NCBI RefSeq assembly: GCF_902713615.1
Contig: NC_052149.1
Location: 99,579,121 to 99,643,120, forward strand
DNA length: 64,000 nt
DNA from: Scyliorhinus canicula
Lineage: Eukaryota
Reading direction: 5' to 3'
Shown in pieces: positions 36,162 through 49,039 of this stretch (its first letter is position 1; each line of letters starts with the position of its first letter). The translations under genes and the position numbers were made by a program. The notes under the pieces are model-generated. The model was not told where the DNA came from. It searched no databases and saw only the letters and a program-made list of their open reading frames with translations.

Positions 36162-37044
36162 TAAAGATTTCTTGAGAGATTCTTTCTTATTTTTGTAGAT
36201 TAGGGTTATTTTTAAATGTTCAAACAGTTTAAATCAACCAGGAAGCTTTTGCACTCGTGCTAGAAAGGCACAGTGTGCGTTTTAAGTAGGATGGGGAAAC
36301 CATTTTTTTGTGTCCAGTCTTTACGTTGTAAACTCTGTTTATAATATTTTTTTTAAAGCTTACAACCATTATTTGTGCTTTGGTTAATCTTTTTTAATCA
36401 TACAAATGTTTTATATTTATTATACAGTACCTTAACCATACAATTTATTTAAAGCTAATAAAATGAATAATTAAATAAGGCAGGGTGTTTTATTTTAAGT
36501 GTAAAGATTAATTGCATCACATTATAAGTGATGCAATTAATGGCAGAATGCTTTGCGATACCAAAATTTGTACAAATTTCTGAAAGGTCAGTTGTTTCTC
36601 TAATTTAAAAACCCATCTTTAAGCAAATTTGATAATTTTGAAATTTTAGGTCAAATGTCACATGTTGGACCCATAATTAAATTAACTACCCATTTCTGAG
36701 TCTCCAGTTGTAAACTTGGACGCTATGTTCCGTATACCCAAGTTCGGGTCATTAAGATAGATAATATAGAGCAGTGACCCAACACCAAATTGCCACTGCA
36801 ACTTGTAGACTCAAAAAAACACCATTCGCCACTACTCAGTTATTACCGCTTTAATTCTATGGCAATGTGTTTGGTTTAAAGAATGACCTACACTTTAAAC
36901 ATTACCTACTGTGCTCAACCTCACCCCTCCCCTTCTGTCAGCAGCAGAGAGCCATCAACCACCCCATCCCACAAATTTTCACTTTGGGGTCAGACAAAGT
37001 CTGTGGCATTAAAATAAGGTCACACTGGAAAACGGTTTGGGAAG

Positions 37045-38012
37045 TGTAGCCATCTAAGATGGACACTGGGCTACAAAATGGAGAACTGCTAAGGCTGCAG
37101 GGAAAAACAGTCTTAGTGACGACAAGCAGTTTGCAGAAAACTAATTTGCATTCTGCACGTACAGAAACCAGTTTTTGGCCAGGTGCAGAGTTTCAGCCAA
37201 AGGTGCAAATGGAAACAGATCTGCATAGTAATGAGGTGATCCAGATCCAGACCCCGCACAATAGAAACATTTAAGTATCAATGGATACTTTTGCGTAGAC
37301 GCCCAGACAGAATGGCGCCACAGCAACCAACACAAAGAGCCGTAGGGACCGCCCCACCCATCAAGGAACGACCCTCAGATTGGGGGGTTTGGAAGATATC
37401 GATTGAGAAAGGCCCAATCGATACCTGGCAGGTAAAAGAACCGCCCCAAGGGGGCACGGACTTCTAGGACCTATAAGAGTAGACCCCGCACATGGCTCGG
37501 TCTGTTGTTGCTCCGGCTCTGCTCTGCTTTGCTCCGGCTCAGGACTGCTTGCTACATCGCATCCTGACTCCAGTTTCATCACCAGCCGTTGAGCCATCAG
37601 CCATCGAACTGTAAGTGCCAATACAACGATCGCTACGTGATCCAGACCTTGCTAGATCTTGACAACTTTACGATTCAGAGAGTTGCAGACCAAGAACGGG
37701 ACGAAGGCCTTGTTCCCTGACCTTGCCTGTTCCTGTCTAGATAAGTATTTAATTGTTTAGTATTAGAAGTTAGTCTCTTTAGCGTATGCATGTGTATTTA
37801 TTATATTTGTTATAATAAACACCAATCGTTTGGACTTACTAATCGGTGTACAGATTTATTACTTTGAACCTGACCTTGATATACTTGTGACGGTGTCTCA
37901 ATACGGCACCTGCCGACTCCGAGCATAATTACACATACAGAGCCATAGCAGTGTTAAGCACACGGCCTTTAAACGGAGGCGTGTTAATCACACTCCAGTA
38001 AAACGAGCAACA
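37045..38012 (+). mobile_element. Solo LTR (Gypsy- or ERV-type), 968 bp
   Basis: TGT..ACA termini, 4-bp TSD GAAG (37041-37044, 38013-38016), CCAAT, TATAAG at 37472, AATAAA at about 37814. Confidence 0.85.
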
Positions 38013-38518
38013 GAAGCACGGTCCTATAAACTACAATTTTGTGAACAATTCGATGGTACTTGATCAAACACCTCTTGAAAGTTCATACACATCAACTGTA
38101 CAAATCTCATCAACCCTCGCCATTACTTCCTTAATGAACATAGGTCATCAGATATCTGCTCCTGTATGAACAAGATTTTACTTCTAAAAATTTCATTTAA
38201 ACACTTTCTGCAATAACTAATTGACATAATGTCTAAAATATGACTATAAGCACAATTTAAACAAAATTAAAAGTTAAAATATTATATATTCGGTAACATG
38301 GTCTATCTATTGAATAATACTTCCATTAAATTTCAAATGATGATCTCCAGCTCACCAAAATATCTGGCTTTATTTCTGATATTATTAACTAAAACCACTA
38401 ACTTAGCTCAATTAAGACTGTACAGTTTCAACATTTATGATATATTTAATTTCCTAACATGTATCAGTATTGTTCAGCTGAAAACATTTCTACGGCAGAG
38501 CCCTGGCCAACGGAGACT

Positions 38519-38845
38519 TAGAATCATAGAATACCTACAGGGCAGAAGGCCATTTCACCCATCGAGTGTGCAACGACCCTCTGAAAGAGCACCCTGCCCA
38601 ATCCTCCATCATATCCTCGGAAACCAACCGAACCATTGGACACTAAGGGACAATTTAGCATGGCCAATACACCTAACTTGCACATCTTTGCACTGTGGGA
38701 GGAAACTGGAACACCCGGAGGAAACTCACGCAGACGCGGGGAGAACGCACAAATACCACACAGGCAGTCACCCGAGATCGGAATTGACCTGGGTCCCTGG
38801 CGCTTTGAGGCAGCAATGCTAACCACTGTGCCATCATACCACCCC
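38519..38845 (-). mobile_element. HE1-type SINE
   Basis: Reverse-complement HE1 body and tail. Confidence 0.88.
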
Positions 38846-39006
38846 ATTTATACCTGCAAGGTCAAAAGCAACCCTGACTCCTCTACTAAATTCCTCAAGA
38901 TGCCTGACCTGGAAAAATACATTCTTTATCCAAAATCCATAAGAAGTGGAAGGTACATCACATGACTTCCGAGCTGCCACAACCTGTAATATGACCATGT
39001 GCAACT

Positions 39007-39904
39007 TGTTGCTTGTTCTGGTTGAGTGCGCTTTACACTCAATTGGCTCTGTTTTATTACTTAGCTCTAGAGTCGCCAGGTATCCTTATGATACCACCAC
39101 GAGGTTCAAGTTCAGATCAATGACTCAATACACCAATTAGTAAGGTTCAAATCAAGACACGTTTATTAATACACAGTTAATCGCTACTCATGCGTATAAT
39201 ACTAAAGGACTAGGCTATTCCTACCACTAACAGGCCAATACTTATTTGGATAAGGGACCCGCTGGGCCAGGGAACAATGGCCTCTTGCTCGATCCTGAGT
39301 CTGCAGGCTTCCAGCTGGTATGGACTAAGGGGTCAGGAGCATCTATCTCATAGCGTGCATTGACTTAACACTTACTTGATGGTGCAGCAGTTGGCCAGGC
39401 CTCTCCTTCTTATGGTCAAGTTCTTCGAGAGCTGCTAAGGTGTTCTGCTGGGAGGGCCGGCTAAGATAGTGAACTGAACTTGGGACCTGTCTTTTATAGG
39501 TCCCAGGGGCTTCGCGTCCTTTTGGGCGGACCACGAGCTTACTTCCAATCGATTGGATCCCATACCAATCGATTGGTTTGAATTCCCCAATACTGGGGCT
39601 GTTTCTCGATCGCTGGGCGGTTCTTTCTGGCTTGTTTGTCTCCTTTGTTTCGGACTCCCGTTGGCGCCGAGGAGTCTGACTTGCTATTGAGTGTCTTAAA
39701 TGTAGCTAATTGTTGTAGCTATTGTTCCCGGGGATCGCTCATCAATATGTATAACTGCTGGTTTCAGTGCTGTCTGCTTTCTTTGCAGGCAGAGTACACA
39801 GGAAAAGTCTGCAAACTGCTTGTTTCTCTAGGATTGTCCAATTTCCCTGCTGTCTTTGTGTTTCTCCATTTTGTGTGGGGAAGTGGCCAACTCGGGTGGC
39901 TACG
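39007..39904 (-). mobile_element. Solo LTR related to 37045-38012, 898 bp
   Basis: 4-bp TSD AACT (39003-39006, 39905-39908). Its 5' end CGTAGCCA..CAAAATGGAGAA..CAAGCAGTTTGCAGA matches the first LTR. TATAAAAG and AATAAA on the minus strand. Confidence 0.85.
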
Positions 39905-41300
39905 AACTGAACCAAGCAGCCTAACATTCTACCAGCCAACAGATAGCAGCAGAAAGAGTTCTATCCAGGTAAATTGCCTAGCCCTCCTACATGGTGTACT
40001 ACTTGAACTCCTGGATCAGGGCCTATAATTCATCTCTGCGTGCATTCTTCCATCATCTATCTGCTCACCTGTGGAAGACAGATCACCCTGCAAACAGTTT
40101 CAGCCTGCTAACCTCTGAAAGAATACACCATTTGATTTTTGACTCTGGACTCGCATTAAACCATAACTCTTATTTTTATTGTGGTCTTGCCCATATCCCT
40201 CTTTTATTGTACGAGTGCAAAAGGGCAGGCATTGCAAAACCCGTTCCATGTTGTGTGTGTGTAAAATAAACCAACCCTCTCTCTGCTAATTATAGCTGAA
40301 CTACCATTTTCTGGCTTTAAGTCTTACTTTGATGCCCAACAATTAATTCACAGATATGGTCTTCAATAAGGAATGCCATTGAAATGCAATACACTCAATG
40401 CCTGTCTAACAAGCAAGCCATTTAAAAACTTCTCGCAAATGAAGTCTGAAGTAATTAAAATAAACCAGCATCTGGGCTACCTAAAATTCAAGGGACCATT
40501 CTTAAATACCATTCTTCACTGACAGTACAATAAGAATAAAAAGCATGAAAATGCATTTGAAGGATGGTGTGAAACATTGTGTGGATACTGTGAAAAATAT
40601 AGGGATACCAAATAAACAATCTAATTTTACAACAGATAACGATTGAAAGGACTCATAACCTCATTGTCATTTTACATACGTGTGCGCATGATAATTCAGG
40701 TTGCGCAACAAGTTAAATCATCACAAGGTTGCTCTTCACCAAGCATTTTACCCCTGGATTGCACATTAAAGCAACATCTAGCTTAAAGGATAGAGGTGGC
40801 ATCTTTTTTGGTAAAAAAAATTAACCATGCTGCACTGAACTCAAATACCCTTTTTATAACTATATTAATCAATTTCTCTGACCAGAGAGACTAGGAGTCT
40901 GAATTACAATGGCAGGCTAAATTCTACTCTAGTTAGTACATGCAGATTTGAACAGTCAACTTCTGCAGTGCACCATAAAAGAATGTAGAGTATTCTGAAA
41001 GCCAACTGCAAGCAATATAGGTGGCATCAAATCCTGTAAGAAGTTCACAATCTTGCACACAAGGGAACATAGAGCTGTAAAATTTGGTCAACAGTGCCAC
41101 CGAAGCCAAAGTTGCAAAAAAATGAAACACTGTTCAAAATTTTACAGCCTATCTCCCAGTTTGCTTTACAAATCTGACTCGCAGGGTGAAATCTGAAAAT
41201 CACTGAATGGTGAATATATTGTTATCCTTGCAAACTCAAATTGAAATTTTTAAAAACGAATCAAAAATGAATAGTGAAAAATAAAAATTACTTACCCCAA

Positions 41301-41486
41301 GGGGGCGGCACAGTGGTTAGCACTGCTGCATCACGGCACTGAGGACCCAGGTTCGATCCCAGCCCCAGATCCCTGTCCGTTTGGACTTTGCACATTCACC
41401 ACGAGTCTATGAGGGTCTCACCCCCACAACTCAAAGGTGTGCAGGCGAGGTGGATTAGCCAAGTAAATTGCCCCTTAATTGGAAAA
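41301..41486 (+). mobile_element. Short V-SINE
   Basis: tRNA head with GGTTCGATCCC, ends AAATTGCCCCTTAATTGGAAAA. Confidence 0.85.
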
Positions 41487-41694
41487 GATTTCCAGTCAGA
41501 GGGATACGCCCACATCTGGCCGAGTTACATTGTCCCATTGAGACTTAAACTGTCAGTGGGAATACATAGGATGGCCCGGTTCAGCAAGGATGATTCAAGA
41601 TCCATTATCTTTTGGGGCACTCCTGTCTGACCAGCTATCAGTCGATTACAGGGAGAGATAGGAGGGTGCAGAGAAAGAGAGAAAGAGGGGGTTG

Positions 41695-42096
41695 NNNNNN
41701 NNNNNNNNNNNNNNNNNNNNNNNNNNNNNNNNNNNNNNNNNNNNNNNNNNNNNNNNNNNNNNNNNNNNNNNNNNNNNNNNNNNNNNNNNNNNNNNNNNNN
41801 NNNNNNNNNNNNNNNNNNNNNNNNNNNNNNNNNNNNNNNNNNNNNNNNNNNNNNNNNNNNNNNNNNNNNNNNNNNNNNNNNNNNNNNNNNNNNNNNNNNN
41901 NNNNNNNNNNNNNNNNNNNNNNNNNNNNNNNNNNNNNNNNNNNNNNNNNNNNNNNNNNNNNNNNNNNNNNNNNNNNNNNNNNNNNNNNNNNNNNNNNNNN
42001 NNNNNNNNNNNNNNNNNNNNNNNNNNNNNNNNNNNNNNNNNNNNNNNNNNNNNNNNNNNNNNNNNNNNNNNNNNNNNNNNNNNNNNNNNNNNNNNN
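41695..42096. other. Assembly gap (402 N)
   Basis: Run of n characters. Confidence 1.
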
Positions 42097-44980
42097 CGAG
42101 AGACGCAGAGAGCGAGAGAGCAGAGAGCGAGAGAGCGAGAGAGAGCGAGAGAGCGAGAGAGAGCGAGAGAGCGAGAGAGAGCGAGAGAGCGACGCAGAGA
42201 GAGAGCGAGAGAGCGACGCAGAGAGAGAGCGAGAGCGACGCAGAGAGAGAGCGAGAGCGACGCAGAGAGAGAGCGAGAGCGACGCAGAGAGAGAGCGAGA
42301 GCGACGCAGAGAGAGAGCGAGAGCGACGCAGAGAGAGAGCGAGAGCGACGCAGAGAGAGAGCGAGAGCGACGCAGAGAGAGAGCGAGAGCGACGCAGAGA
42401 GAGAGCGAGAGCGACGCAGAGAGAGAGCGAGAGCGACGCAGAGAGAGAGAGCGAGAGCGACGCAGAGAGAGAGCGAGAGACGCAGAGAGAGAGCGAGAGC
42501 GACGCAGAGAGAGAGCGAGAGCGACGCAGAGAGAGAGCGAGAGCGACGCAGAGAGAGAGCGAGAGCGACGCAGAGAGAGAGCGAGAGCGACGCAGAGAGA
42601 GAGCGAGAGCGACGCAGAGAGAGAGCGAGAGCGACGCAGAGAGAGCGCGAGAGCGACGCAGAGAGAGCGCGAGAGCGACGCAGAGAGAGCGAGAGCGACC
42701 AGAGAGAGCGCGAGAGCGACGCAGAGAGAGCGCGAGAGCGACGCAGAGAGAGCGCGAGAGCGACGCAGAGGGCGAGAGCGACGCAGAGGGCGAGAGCGAC
42801 GCAGAGGGCGAGAGCGACGCAGAGGGCGAGAGCGACGCAGAGGGCGAGAGCGACGCAGAGGGCGAGAGCGACGCAGAGGGCGAGAGCGACGCAGAGGGCG
42901 AGAGCGCCGCAGAGGGCGAGAGCGACGCAGAGAGCGCGAGAGCGACGCAGAGAGCGCGAGAGCGACGCAGAGAGCGCGAGAGCGACGCAGAGAGCGCGAG
43001 AGCGACGCAGAGAGCGCGAGAGCGACGGAGAGAGCGCGGAGCGACGGAGAGAGCGCGGAGCGACGGAGAGAGCGCGGAGCGACGGAGAGAGCGCGGAGCG
43101 ACGGAGAGAGCGCGGAGCCACGGAGAGAGCGCGGAGCGACGGAGAGAGCGCGGAGCGGCGGAGAGAGCGCGGAGCGACGCAGAGAGCGCGAGAGCGACGC
43201 AGAGAGCGCGAGAGCGACGGAGAGAGCGCGAGAGCGACAGAGAGAGCGCGAGAGCGACAGAGAGAGCGCGAGAGCGACAGAGAGAGCGCGAGAGCGACAG
43301 AGAGAGCGCGAGAGCGACAGAGAGAGCGCGAGAGCGACAGAGAGAGCGCGAGAGCGACAGAGAGAGCGCGAGAGCGACAGAGAGAGCGCGAGAGCGACAG
43401 AGAGAGCGCGAGAGCGACAGAGAGAGCGCGAGAGCGACAGAGAGAGCGCGAGAGCGACAGAGAGAGCGCGAGAGCGACGCAGAGAGCGCGAGAGCGACGC
43501 AGAGAGCGCGAGAGCGACGCAGAGAGCGCGAGAGCGACGCAGAGAGCGCGAGAGCGACGCAGAGAGCGCGAGAGCGACGCTGAGAGCGCGAGAGCGACGC
43601 TGAGAGCGCGCGAGCGACGCAGAGGGCGAGAGCGACGCAGAGGGCGAGAGCGACGCAGAGGGCGAGAGCGACGCAGAGGGCGAGAGCGACGCAGAGGGCG
43701 AGAGCGACGCAGAGGGCGAGAACGACGCAGAGGGCGAGAACGACGCAGAGGGCGAGAGCGACGCAGAGGGCGAGAGCGACGCAGAGGGCGAGAGCGACGC
43801 AGAGGGCGAGAGCGACGCAGAGGGCGAGAGCGACGCAGAGGGCGAGAGCGACGCAGAGGGCGAGAGCGACGCAGAGGGCGAGAGCGACGCAGAGGGCGAG
43901 AGCGACGCAGAGAGCGCGAGAGCGACGCAGAGCGCGAGAGCGACGCAGAGAGCGAGAGCGACGCAGAGGGCGAGAGCGACGCAGAGGGCGAGAGCGACGC
44001 AGAGAGCGAGAGCGACGCAGAGAGAGCGAGAGCGACGCAGAGCGAGCGAGAGCGACGCAGAGAGCGAGAGCGACGCAGAGAGCGACGCAGAGAGCGCGAG
44101 AGCGACGCAGAGGGCGAGAGCGACGCAGAGGGCGAGAGCGACGCAGAGCGAGAGCGACGCAGAGAGCGAGAGCGACGCAGAGGGCGAGAGCGACGCAGAG
44201 GGCGAGAGCGACGCAGAGGGCGAGAGCGACGCAGAGGGCGAGAGCGACGCAGAGCGCGAGAGCGACGCAGAGGGCGAGAGCGACGCAGAGGGCGAGAGCG
44301 ACGCAGAGGGCGAGAGCGACGCAGAGAGCGAGAGCGACGCAGAGGGCGAGAGCGACGCAGAGAGCGAGAGCGACGCAGAGAGCGAGAGCGACGCAGAGAG
44401 CGAGAGCGACGCAGAGGGAGAGCGACGCAGAGGGAGAGCGACGCAGAGGGCGAGAGCGACGCAGAGAGCGAGAGCGACGCAGAGAGCGAGAGCGACGCAG
44501 AGAGCGAGAGCGACGCAGAGAGCGAGAGCGACGCAGAGAGCGCGAGAGCGACGCAGAGAGCGAGAGGGACGCAGAGAGCGAGAGGGACGCAGAGAGCGAG
44601 AGGGACGCAGAGAGCGAGAGGGACGCAGAGAGCGAGAGGGACGCAGAGAGCGACAGCGACGCAGAGAGCGAGAGCGACGCAGAGAGCGAGAGCGACGCAG
44701 AGAGCGAGAGCGACGCAGAGAGCGAGAGCTGGACGCAGAGAGAGAGAGATAGACACAGAGAGAGAGAGATAGACACAGAGAGAGAGAGATAGACGCAGAG
44801 AGAGAGATAGACGCAGAGAGAGAGATAGACGCAGAGAGAGAGAGATAGACAGAGAGAGAGAGAGACGCAGAGAGAGAGACGGAGAGAGAGAGAGAGAGAT
44901 GCAGAGAGAGACGCAGAGAGAAAGGCAGAGAGAAAGGCAGAGAGAAAGAGACGGAGAGAGAGAGAGACGCAGAGAGAGAG
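42097..44980. repeat. CpG-rich GA-derived minisatellite (18-22 bp units, core GAGAGCGACGCAGAG)
   Basis: Direct inspection. The plus strand has almost no T, and the array grades into (GA)n-like repeats at the right end. Confidence 0.97.
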
Positions 44981-45664
44981 AAAGTAAATGCTGTTTAGGA
45001 CTAACCCAATACCAGATCCCCGGTATTTATCAACCCTTCCACATTTTCTACCATTAAAAAAATCAAAGAAATAGAAGGAGGGCATTATGGCCCAATGGCA
45101 TTATTGTTCCATTGCAGATCTCCAGTTTCTACTGTGGAATATTTGGGACTACTCCATAACTAAATCGGTACAAACTGAATGGAAGAATGAAGGAATTAGG
45201 TTTCCCAAATATCTTCGCTAATGGAGCACAAAATGGGAATTTACCTCACTATTTCAAAATAATAGGATGTAATTTAGGCGCTTAAAGCTAGCCTCGCTTA
45301 TACTATCAGAGTACTGGAGCTGTTTGGGATCATCCATCCATTCAAAACAGGATTAGCGTTAGTCCTAAACTTGTGTTTGGGAGTTAGGTACCTGCTTTAG
45401 TTTTTTTTACATTAAAAGCCAACATTGAAACATTGTGCAAAAGCTATGAGGCTGTTTACTGAGTATTTGTTGAGAAATGGAAGAGAAACAAATATATGGA
45501 TAATGAGAAATGAGAGGGGATGTGGTGAATTAAAACTGTGTTTTTAAAAATGAAAGAATGAAAATGAAATCATATCAATTGACTTTAAGGGACAAATCTG
45601 AAAGAATTGATAACCATCATAACAAAGGTCTTTAGTTGACTTGGGCTGTCACAATGTGCACAAT

Positions 45665-45940
45665 GCAACACCTTTGTGAGAAGTCATTTTTCCTCATCTC
45701 GGGTTTAAACCTGTTACCCATTATCCTAAAACTATGACCTCTCGTTCTAGATTACCCCACAAGGGGATGCATCCATTCTACTTATACTTTGTCAATACCT
45801 TTTATCACCTTATATACCTCTATTAGTTCTCCTCTCATTCTTATAAACTGGAGAGTGTATAGGCAGGTATAAACCGCTCAATCGCTCCTCATAAGACAAG
45901 CTCCTCATCTCTGAAATTAATCTAGTGAATCTCCTGCACT
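45665..45940 (-). mobile_element. Decayed CR1 3' fragment
   Basis: TGACCTCTCGTTCTAGA..CCTCTCATTCTTATAAACT matches the antisense CR1 RT end. A similar piece lies at 48030-48510. Confidence 0.7.
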
Positions 45941-46300
45941 AAAAATCTTTTCTGCCTTTTTTCACATTTCCAATATTATTTTGTTTCTGAATTATAAGTT
46001 TTATGTCTTTTTAGCTTAATTTCCTGGCTTTCGTACTATGCCTTTATTTATAAAGCCCAAGATCCCACATGCTTTATTAATCTGTCTTCCAAAGCACCCA
46101 AAGTATGTCTGTTCTTTCGGCTGCGCTTTATAATTGGACTATTTACTACATGTAGCCTCTCCTCGTTTTTCCTACCATGTCAGATATGTTCAAACTCCCT
46201 GATTGTAAACTTTGCAAACCATTTTAAGCATGAAGTCTTTCTAAACAATGCGTGTATGTGTTTGATGCTAATTTCTACATAATTCTGTAACTGTTTTCCA

Positions 46301-46487
46301 ATAATAATCTTTATTAGTGTCACAAATAGGCTTACTTGAACACTGTAATGAAGATACTGTGAAAATCCCCTAGTCGCCACACGCTGCCTGTTCGGGTACA
46401 CTGCGGGAGCATTCAGAATGTCCAATTCACCTAACAAACATGTCTTTCGGGACTTCTGGAAGGCAACTGGAGGAAACCCATGCAGAC
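46301..46487 (-). mobile_element. V-SINE variant (alternative tail), 5'-truncated
   Basis: ATAATAATCTTTATTAGTGTCACAAATAGGCTTAC..GTGAAAATCCCCTAGTCGCCAC. Confidence 0.8.
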
Positions 46488-47424
46488 TCTTCATTTGTTA
46501 CTTCACAGAGTTGCAGAGTCAATGCAAAGTCTTTTCTGTCCCTATTACACCACTTACAGGGGTCAAATATAACAGCTAGAAATAGGACATGCTACACTGA
46601 ATATCACTGCAATCAAATAGTTACTCCTGTAAATAAGAGACTAGACTGTATTCAATTTCCTAAGCAGAATCAGTTTTCTACAATTAATAGTCTCTGCATA
46701 ATTATCCTACATTGGGGAAAATGCCCAAATTTTGAAAAATCTATGTGGAAATATTAATGCAAGATTGCTTCTCCAGCAAATGTTGAACATTCTAGTTTAC
46801 ACAATATAGTTTACAGCAACATCCACAACTGTACCAGAGTTTTATTTAGACCAAATAAAGCAGATATAACATCAGAAAATTTAAAGTGATTTTTTGTTCC
46901 TCATTTGCTACACATTAAAAAAACTAATTTTCTATAAAAACAGATAAGACTGGTTACACCTGGTCACAAACCTGTTTTCAATGGACTCATTAAACCTTTC
47001 TGTACATTTCATTAAGTACATGATTTATCAGAAAAAACTAAGATTGAATTTCCTAGTCAAAATTTGCATTCAAAAAATCTTGGATTAGAAATGTAAGCGG
47101 AAAGATTCTTGAAGCTTTTAGACAATGAGAGTAAAATACATTATTTGTCTGCATTGTAAACAAACTATTGAATACTAAAGATTTGCAAATTTATATTTTT
47201 TTTAATTACTTTTTTGTTTTGGTTTTAGCTTCTCAGCTAAATAAATTTCACATAACCACAAATGGCATTTATTTGACCATCACCTGATGAACTGCTGGTC
47301 TACTCAACTGAGAGACCAAGTATTTCTATGCTGCAAAGAAAAATCTAAAAGATCGCTAAGCTTTTTCTTTTCTGGGGGATCTGGAATGAGATGTGGCATA
47401 CATTTAGGGATAATGTGAATTTAC

Positions 47425-47503
47425 CTTCTTTCTTTGCAAATCTTTCCTGATCATATCTGTTGTATGCTGCTGGAATAGGCTGTTTATTTCGCAGTGCTGG
47501 GTC
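47425..47503 (-). CDS. CDC73: CDC73 internal exon (exon 9 equivalent), 79 bp, [26 protein letters not shown]+G
   Basis: Contains [16 protein letters not shown] of parafibromin. Acceptor cag at 47506-47504, donor gtaa from 47424, phase 0/1, in frame with both neighbours. Confidence 0.97.
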
Positions 47504-48517
47504 CTGCAACGCATAAAATTAGACTTACTGTGAAGCATGAATTGTAAAATTACTTCTTTCTGAAATGCAAAATACACTTAAAAAAAACAGAAGTGGAAGT
47601 CATTTAACAACTGGCTGTAATAGAGATAAGCAAGGATCTACTGAAGAAATGTACAGCGGTGGAGATTCGGGTATTAAATATGAACTGCATTTTTAAAACT
47701 TAACTATCTGACATGATGAATAATAGATTGCAAGAGACAGTCGTGGTATAGAGTTGTATAGGATATAAAGGAATTAGCTAATCTTTGTGGACGCAAAAAT
47801 CATTACCAGAATAGTTAATGTGTTTCCTCGGTCAAATGAGTAATTTGGTTAATTTACTTCCAATGTTTATTCTATAATAATATCTTGCTGCATTTATCTT
47901 TTATTTTCTATCAAGCTGGGTTACAGTATTTCAAATGGGAAATTGCCAATACTGTAGCAGCAAAGTCTCTCAGTACTATTACAGCTGAGAAGCAGATTGC
48001 ATCCAAAAGATACATTATAATTACAACTGAAATCATAGAACCTTACAACATAGGAAGAAGGCCATTAAACCCTTTGTGACTGTGTCAACTCTTGGAAGAA
48101 CTGTCCAAATTGGACCCACACTTTTTCAGAACCCTGCAAGTCCTCTTCAACTACATGTCCAATTGTCTTTCGAAAGTTACTACAGAATCTGATTCCACCA
48201 CTCTTACAGCAAGTCCATCACTGATATTAACCTGTGGGAAGAAATTTCCCATTTCCTGCCTAGTTCCTCTGACAATCATTTTAAAATCTATGGCCATTCA
48301 TTGCAGACCCACTTACCTAGTAGTCACAATTGTGTTGGGAACACGGCAGCCAATTACCTTGAGGAAATAGTTTCTCCCTACTTACTAAATCAAAACCCCT
48401 CATAATTTGGAATATCTCTTTTCAGTCCCCTTTAATTTTCTCTAATCTGAGAACAATTTAGCTTCTCCAATCTCTCCATAAAATTAGTACCTCACCCGAA
48501 GTATCAAACTGGGAAAG

Positions 48518-48837
48518 AAGCCCTACAGCGCAGAAGGAGGCCATTCAGCCAATCGGGTCTGAACCGACCCTCCGAAAGAACATACTACCTGGGCCCAATC
48601 CCCAGCTCTATCCCTTCCTAACCTTTGGACACAAAGGGGCAATTTAGCATGACCAATCTATCTAATTTGCATATCTCTGCACTGTTGGAGGATACCGGAG
48701 CACCCGGAGGAAACCCATACAGATACTGGGAGAATGTGAAAACTTCACACAGACAGTAACCAGAGTAAGAATCGAACCCGGGTCCCTGATACTGTGATGC
48801 AGCAGTGCTAACCACTGTCTGTGCCATCATGCTGCCC
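48518..48837 (-). mobile_element. HE1-type SINE
   Basis: Reverse-complement HE1 body. Confidence 0.88.
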
Positions 48838-49039
48838 AAAAAGCTCCTCTCTACCCTCTCCCAGGTCTTAACTGAATTATTTGAAGCACTGAGTACAACA
48901 CTGAGCAGATGCACTTCAAGCAGAATTCAAACACGTACAGAAGAAACACGCCAGACATGGAGCTCAGTACCTTAAAATATGATTGAGATGGCCAAGTGAT
49001 TTGTACAATTACTGGAAACACTTCACATATTAGTAAGCA

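Noticed and set aside
37045-39904. A single element bounded by inverted long repeats
   Set aside because: Each LTR has its own distinct TSD and the intervening DNA has no coding remnant.
41296-41473. Exonisation of an antisense SINE (donor GGG|GTAAGT at 41296)
   Set aside because: The acceptor (AAG with a short pyrimidine tract) is weak and there is no further support.
42097-44980. CRISPR-like array
   Set aside because: Tandem units without unique spacers, in a eukaryotic intron.
41525-45085. Very long ORFs (663-1186 aa) on both strands
   Set aside because: They are translations of a stop-poor minisatellite plus an N gap, giving low-complexity RE/SL/CVALAL repeats in several frames.
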